Below, piece after piece: positions 15,689 to 20,000 of a DNA stretch of 20,000 nt. The notes under the pieces were generated by a model. It saw only the letters and a list, made by a program, of their open reading frames with translations. It did no database searches and was not told where the DNA came from. The stretch lies in IMG/VR virus record IMGVR_UViG_3300042319_002819; one strand, written 5' to 3'. The DNA comes from an uncultured virus (IMG/VR IMGVR_UViG_3300042319_002819) (lineage: Duplodnaviria > Heunggongvirae > Uroviricota > Caudoviricetes). Each line of letters opens with the position of its first letter. Position 1 is the first letter of the stretch. A program made the position numbers and the translations under genes.

Positions 15689-16246
15689 ATGATGCATACA
15701 ACAATACGTCAAGATCTTGAACTACTCGAAGCCAGCACACGCCCGGCCAAGCTGGAAACTACTCCGTTGCCCTACAGCGAAAAAGAGTTGGAACCTGTGA
15801 TGAGCAGGGCCACTATTGACTATCATTTTGAGCATTTGGCCAAAGGCTATGCCAAACGCTACAACGCAGGAGAAGGCAATGCGGATTTTAATCGTGCTGG
15901 CAGTTTTTTACACAACAAGTTTTTCCCTCAGCTTCGGGCTCCCAAAGGCGCCAACCGGCCACGAGGTGCAGTACTTGCGCTGATAGAAGAAAAATTTACA
16001 ACCTGGGAAGATTTCAAAGAAGAATTCAAACAAGCCGCAATGAAGATCCAGGGTTCAGGTTGGGTGTATTTGAGCACCGGCGGTGATATTAAGACCATTG
16101 CCAACCATGCTGTTCGCACAGATATATGCGTACTTATTGATTGGTGGGAACATGCCTGGGCCTTGGATTACCAAGCAGACAAAGAACGATATCTTGACAA
16201 CATTTGGAAAATTATCGATTGGGACGTTTGTAACGAACGCCTATAA
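15689..16246 (+). CDS. sod: Fe/Mn superoxide dismutase (start may be 15692)
   Basis: LPY-x3-LEP-x-MS-x-x-T-x-x-YH, H-x-x-FF, GSGWVYL and DWWEHAW ligand motifs. Metal specificity cannot be determined from this. Confidence 0.92.
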   Translation: MMHTTIRQDLELLEASTRPAKLETTPLPYSEKELEPVMSRATIDYHFEHLAKGYAKRYNAGEGNADFNRAGSFLHNKFFPQLRAPKGANRPRGAVLALIEEKFTTWEDFKEEFKQAAMKIQGSGWVYLSTGGDIKTIANHAVRTDICVLIDWWEHAWALDYQADKERYLDNIWKIIDWDVCNERL

Positions 16247-16258
16247 TATAGGACTATT

Positions 16259-16582
16259 ATGACTTTAGACGACAGTGCAGTTACAAAATTACGAGACCTT
16301 CTTGCCGAAGAAAACAACCCAGCAGTGATGCTACGGGTTTTTGTTCAAGGTGGTGGCTGTAGCGGAATGAGCTACGGATTTACCTTTGACGAAGAAAAGA
16401 ACGAAGATGATTTTGACTTTGTGTATGATGAAGTCAAGGTTGTAGTGGACAGCATGAGCTTGCAATATCTACAAGGTGCCAAAATTCGATACAGCGAAGG
16501 TGTCATGGGTAGCAGTTTTGTGATAGATAACCCCAACGCAGAAACAACCTGCGGCTGCGGCAGTAGTTTTAGTCCAGCATGA
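16259..16582 (+). CDS. erpA: A-type Fe-S cluster carrier ErpA (HesB/IscA family)
   Basis: [19 protein letters not shown]-x-x-SLQYL-x-G and [14 protein letters not shown]. Confidence 0.93.
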   Translation: MTLDDSAVTKLRDLLAEENNPAVMLRVFVQGGGCSGMSYGFTFDEEKNEDDFDFVYDEVKVVVDSMSLQYLQGAKIRYSEGVMGSSFVIDNPNAETTCGCGSSFSPA

Positions 16583-16592
16583 GTCGGACCAC

Positions 16593-16637
16593 AACTGTGT
16601 TCAATTCCGGTAAATACTGGAATACAAGGACACAGTT
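16593..16637 (+). promoter_or_regulatory. RBS-sequestering hairpin with TAAATA late-promoter-like motif at its apex
   Basis: AACTGTGTTC (16593-16602) pairs with GGACACAGTT (16628-16637), and ATTCCGGT (16604-16611) pairs with ACTGGAAT (16616-16623). TAAATA is at 16611-16616 and SD AAGGA at 16626-16630. Confidence 0.7.
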
Positions 16638-16639
16638 AA

Positions 16640-19600
16640 ATGCCTACTGGAAATACCCAACAACAAATAAATTATGGAGCCACTGCCAATGATGGGCAGG
16701 GTGATCCCTTACGCACAGCATTCATCAAAACCGATGACAATTTTGATAACATTTGGTTGGCTGGACCTGCAGGATCCAATGTAAGAATAACCAACAACAC
16801 CATTGGGGTAATTGACACAAATGGTAATTTGATACTGAGCCCCAACGGCGTTGGGGTAATTCAAACCAACAATAATGTTGTTCCTAGAGCAAATCGAACG
16901 TACGATCTAGGCTCGGCTAATTTACAGTACCGAACTGTATATGCAAACTCGGCAGCACTTCAAACATTATCAGTATCTGGCAATTTAACAGTTAGTGGCA
17001 ATATCATTAACACTGGCAACATTGTCACAGATACCCTGACTATACAGTTAGCAAATACCACAACTACTGCCAATGCTGCCAACGGTGCTGGTATCACAGT
17101 TGGTGCCAGTGATAACATTGCCACAATATTATACAATTCTGCCAGCAATGTATGGACCACAAACATTGGATTAAGTGCAACTGGTAACATAACATCACCT
17201 TATTTCTTTGGCAATGGAAGTCAACTAACTGGTATTGTATCAAGTTATGGCAATGCCAACGTGGTGGCCAACTTGGCCGCATTGGGTACTAACCCAATTT
17301 CAACTACAGGCAATGTCAGTGCTGGTAATGTATTGACCAGCGCCCAGGTCATTGCAACTGGCGTGGTACAATCTGGCACAGGACTCAGCACCGGCGGGTA
17401 CCTGAGTGTAAACGGTACCACTGACTTGCACAATACCACAGTAACAGGCAACATTAGTGCATCTGGCAACATAACTGCTGGTAATGTAGCTATCACAGGT
17501 GGTAGCCTAACTTGGGCCAATTCCGGTATTGTACAAACTAGCTCTGTAGATCTGAGCATAACTGGTGATGGTCAAGTTACTGTTCGATCCTTGGACGGAA
17601 CATATCAATGGACATTTGAACCCAATGGAGTACTAACTGCACCAGGCAACATAGGAACCACAGGCAATATCACCGGCGGCTATATCTTAGGTAATGGATC
17701 ACAACTAACTGGTATAGCCTCAAGTTATGGCAATGCCAATGTGGCCAACTACTTGCCTACATTCTCGGGAAACATTTCAGCAGGCAATATCACAACCACA
17801 GGCAACATCTCCGGCGCTTATGTTAAAGGCAATGGTAGTGAATTGACCAACCTACCAGCCCCCACAGTCACACAAGATATCACCTCCAACGGTGCTATGA
17901 GTATAATGACTTATGATGGCGTCATAAAGTATGTAAACTATGCCACAGTTGAACCTGTCTCTGGCAACATTGCTGGTGGCAATATCAGTGCTATTGGTAA
18001 TGTTGCAGGCAACTTTTTCCTTGGCAACGGCAGTCAACTCACTGGAATTTCAACTGCCAACACAGGTAATGTCACATTTAATGATGTCAATGTCATTGGT
18101 GATGGTAACCTAAATCTACAACCAAACAGTGCCAGTAATGAATATTTAGATATCTACTTGACCGGTGCCGCGGACATACATGTGGCAGCCGGTGGCAGCG
18201 GCGGCAATTTGATTTTGGGCACAGATGAAGAAGCCAATGTTGCTGTTTTACAGGGAGGCAACGTGGCCATACAGGCCGGTAATGTTGGTGGAACCAAGAC
18301 CTGGAACTTTGACACCGCTGGCAACTTGACCTTGCCATTGAATAGTGTTGTTTATGAAACCAACATTCCGGACGGCGGACTTAGTGGTAGTGCCATTGCT
18401 TTAAAACCAACAGGTGGAACCAATGCTGATCAAGAGTTGTTGATTTATCCCACAGTCAATGATGCCAATCACTTGCACTTGACCACGGGCAACTTATACA
18501 ACACAGAGTTATTCTTAGGCGATGACAACCTTTACGTCAAGTTAGCAAATACAGGCAATATTGTTGTCAACAGCAACAATGGTTCGGGCAACACAGCACA
18601 GTGGACATTTGGCACAGATGGTAATTTAATATTAGCAGGCGGAGATAGCGTAATTCAAAGTATTGCTAACAGTTCTTTGGATCCAAATATTTCAAATGTC
18701 AGCACAATGGTCTTTACACCGGATCAAAATTATACCTCACAAGCATTAGTTATTGACCCAACTGGTCCAAGTCATATTCACTTACGAGCACCAGGTGCAA
18801 ATATTGACGAACCAGATGCTAATATATTCTTAGGTGGTGAAGATTCAAGTTTTGAAGTAGGTTATTATAACGGTAGTGCTCCTAATGTGTACATTCACAG
18901 TGGTGGTAACACTTGGACATTTGGAACTGACGGAACTACAACGTTCCCTGCAGGTAACATAACTTCTAATACATCATTACAATTCACTACAACATTTGCC
19001 AATGTTAAAACAGTAGAATATCAAACAGCAGGTGTATGGGATCTATATGTAGAAGATAGTATCACAGGATCTAATACCGCATCTTCTCGTCTAAACGTAT
19101 CTTTCAAAGATAATCTAATAGATAAGCCTCAAGTTTATATTGAAAACACAAAAGAAAGTGATGGTATAGCCCTTCGTTGGACATTTGACGAAAATGGTAT
19201 TCTAGTATTCCCGCGTGACGTAGCAGGTAATACAGATCCTATCTTAACTATTGTCGGTGGTGCAAATCCTAGTATTAGTGCAATTGATGCAAGTTTAGCT
19301 GGGCCCGCCAATCTTGGTATTTCGGCTCTTACTACTATATTCAGTGGTTTCACCGGGGACGAAATTAAGATTTATCCTGATGATGGTGAAATTAGTTCAA
19401 CAGCAAATCTTCAGATTTGGGCTAACTCGGGCGGCAATACTGAATACAGTTGGACATTTGATGACACGGGTAACTTAACATTACCAGGCAATACTTTTGC
19501 AGTTAACTACGCTAATGGTACTCAAGTGTCCTTGGGTGGCGGTGGTAATGCTAACACAGGCAATGTAACATTCAGCGATCAAGTAGTTATAGGTACCGGC

Positions 19601-20000
19601 ACCAATGACGGCGGTGGCGGATTGTATTTGGCGCCCGGAAATGCCAGTATTGCCAACAGTGCAGTGCAATACTTTAGAGTGCGTGGTGGTGACGTGCCCA
19701 CACACATACACCTTGACACAGGCAACAACGATTACTATGATCAATACTTTGGCGACGATGCCCAATATGTAAAACTGGCCAACATCGGCAACGTTGTGAT
19801 TGGCGCTGCCAATGTAAGCAGCTCAGCACAGTGGACATTTGGCACAGATGGTAACTTAACTACACCAAGTAATTTAGTGATTGGCCCAGGAGCTGGTAGT
19901 GGTTCAAGGATATTTCAATATGACGAGGGTCTAGAAATTGTAGGAGAAGGTGCTAACTCCGTTGTACAGCTGGGTTGGACAGCAAATACAAGCGCACCCG
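16640..20000 (+). CDS. Large modular virion structural protein / tail fibre (partial, >1120 aa, runs off the window)
   Basis: ATG 16640. The frame is still open at 20000, which would explain its absence from the track. N-terminal INYGATANDGQGDPLRTAFIKTDDNF resembles the T4 gp9/gp10-type attachment motif. Also YDLGS, GNGS(Q/E)LT x4 and W(T/N)F-x3-G x7. Confidence 0.85.
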   Translation, partial: MPTGNTQQQINYGATANDGQGDPLRTAFIKTDDNFDNIWLAGPAGSNVRITNNTIGVIDTNGNLILSPNGVGVIQTNNNVVPRANRTYDLGSANLQYRTVYANSAALQTLSVSGNLTVSGNIINTGNIVTDTLTIQLANTTTTANAANGAGITVGASDNIATILYNSASNVWTTNIGLSATGNITSPYFFGNGSQLTGIVSSYGNANVVANLAALGTNPISTTGNVSAGNVLTSAQVIATGVVQSGTGLSTGGYLSVNGTTDLHNTTVTGNISASGNITAGNVAITGGSLTWANSGIVQTSSVDLSITGDGQVTVRSLDGTYQWTFEPNGVLTAPGNIGTTGNITGGYILGNGSQLTGIASSYGNANVANYLPTFSGNISAGNITTTGNISGAYVKGNGSELTNLPAPTVTQDITSNGAMSIMTYDGVIKYVNYATVEPVSGNIAGGNISAIGNVAGNFFLGNGSQLTGISTANTGNVTFNDVNVIGDGNLNLQPNSASNEYLDIYLTGAADIHVAAGGSGGNLILGTDEEANVAVLQGGNVAIQAGNVGGTKTWNFDTAGNLTLPLNSVVYETNIPDGGLSGSAIALKPTGGTNADQELLIYPTVNDANHLHLTTGNLYNTELFLGDDNLYVKLANTGNIVVNSNNGSGNTAQWTFGTDGNLILAGGDSVIQSIANSSLDPNISNVSTMVFTPDQNYTSQALVIDPTGPSHIHLRAPGANIDEPDANIFLGGEDSSFEVGYYNGSAPNVYIHSGGNTWTFGTDGTTTFPAGNITSNTSLQFTTTFANVKTVEYQTAGVWDLYVEDSITGSNTASSRLNVSFKDNLIDKPQVYIENTKESDGIALRWTFDENGILVFPRDVAGNTDPILTIVGGANPSISAIDASLAGPANLGISALTTIFSGFTGDEIKIYPDDGEISSTANLQIWANSGGNTEYSWTFDDTGNLTLPGNTFAVNYANGTQVSLGGGGNANTGNVTFSDQVVIGTGTNDGGGGLYLAPGNASIANSAVQYFRVRGGDVPTHIHLDTGNNDYYDQYFGDDAQYVKLANIGNVVIGAANVSSSAQWTFGTDGNLTTPSNLVIGPGAGSGSRIFQYDEGLEIVGEGANSVVQLGWTANTSAP
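18594..19854 (+). repeat. 31 bp exact direct repeat (18594-18624 and 19824-19854) inside the tail-fibre gene
   Basis: CAGCACAGTGGACATTTGGCACAGATGGTAA occurs twice, 1230 bp apart, encoding AQWTFGTDGN. Confidence 0.9.

Noticed and set aside
1..16582. Possible TAG stop-codon reassignment, since none of the called genes ends in TAG
   Set aside because: Conserved genes (nadE, fdxA, infA, sod, erpA) are intact under the standard code with no in-frame TAG and coding density is already high. This shows TAG avoidance only.
16960..19765. Short minus-strand ORFs over the tail-fibre gene
   Set aside because: They are shadows of the long repetitive + strand frame starting at 16640.
18594..19854. Diversity-generating retroelement TR/VR pair
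   Set aside because: Both copies are in frame in one ORF, the identity is only 31 bp, flanking differences are not adenine-specific and no reverse transcriptase is present in the window.
1..20000. tRNA, rRNA, integrase, transposase or intron
   Set aside because: I saw no cloverleaf or rRNA-like sequence in the few short intergenic gaps, no recombinase motifs and no interrupted conserved genes.

Overview
The window comes from a large tailed phage, probably a T4-like or jumbo myovirus. The ferredoxin resembles Burkholderiales FdxA from my recall, so a betaproteobacterial host is inferred. About 38 densely packed genes all lie on the + strand, many joined by ATGA/TAATG overlaps. Recognisable products are an AbrB/MazE-type regulator, a SleB-like cell wall hydrolase, a TylF-like O-methyltransferase, a ParB/DGQH-like protein with a nearby EHVIP (HNH-like) protein, an Hc1-like basic protein, NadE, FdxA, a metallophosphoesterase, a WYL_2-like protein, IF-1, a radical SAM enzyme, an Fe/Mn SOD and ErpA. 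The last gene is a modular tail-fibre-like ORF of more than 1100 aa that runs off the right end and is absent from the ORF track. The non-coding signals stand out: (1) near-consensus sigma70 promoters, several preceded by a shared TGTTGT-N6-ACAACA palindrome written into the 3' ends of upstream genes; (2) several promoters that appear to make leaderless mRNAs; (3) a long hairpin hiding the tail-fibre ribosome-binding site with a TAAATA late-promoter-like motif in its loop. All family calls come from motif recognition, not database searches.
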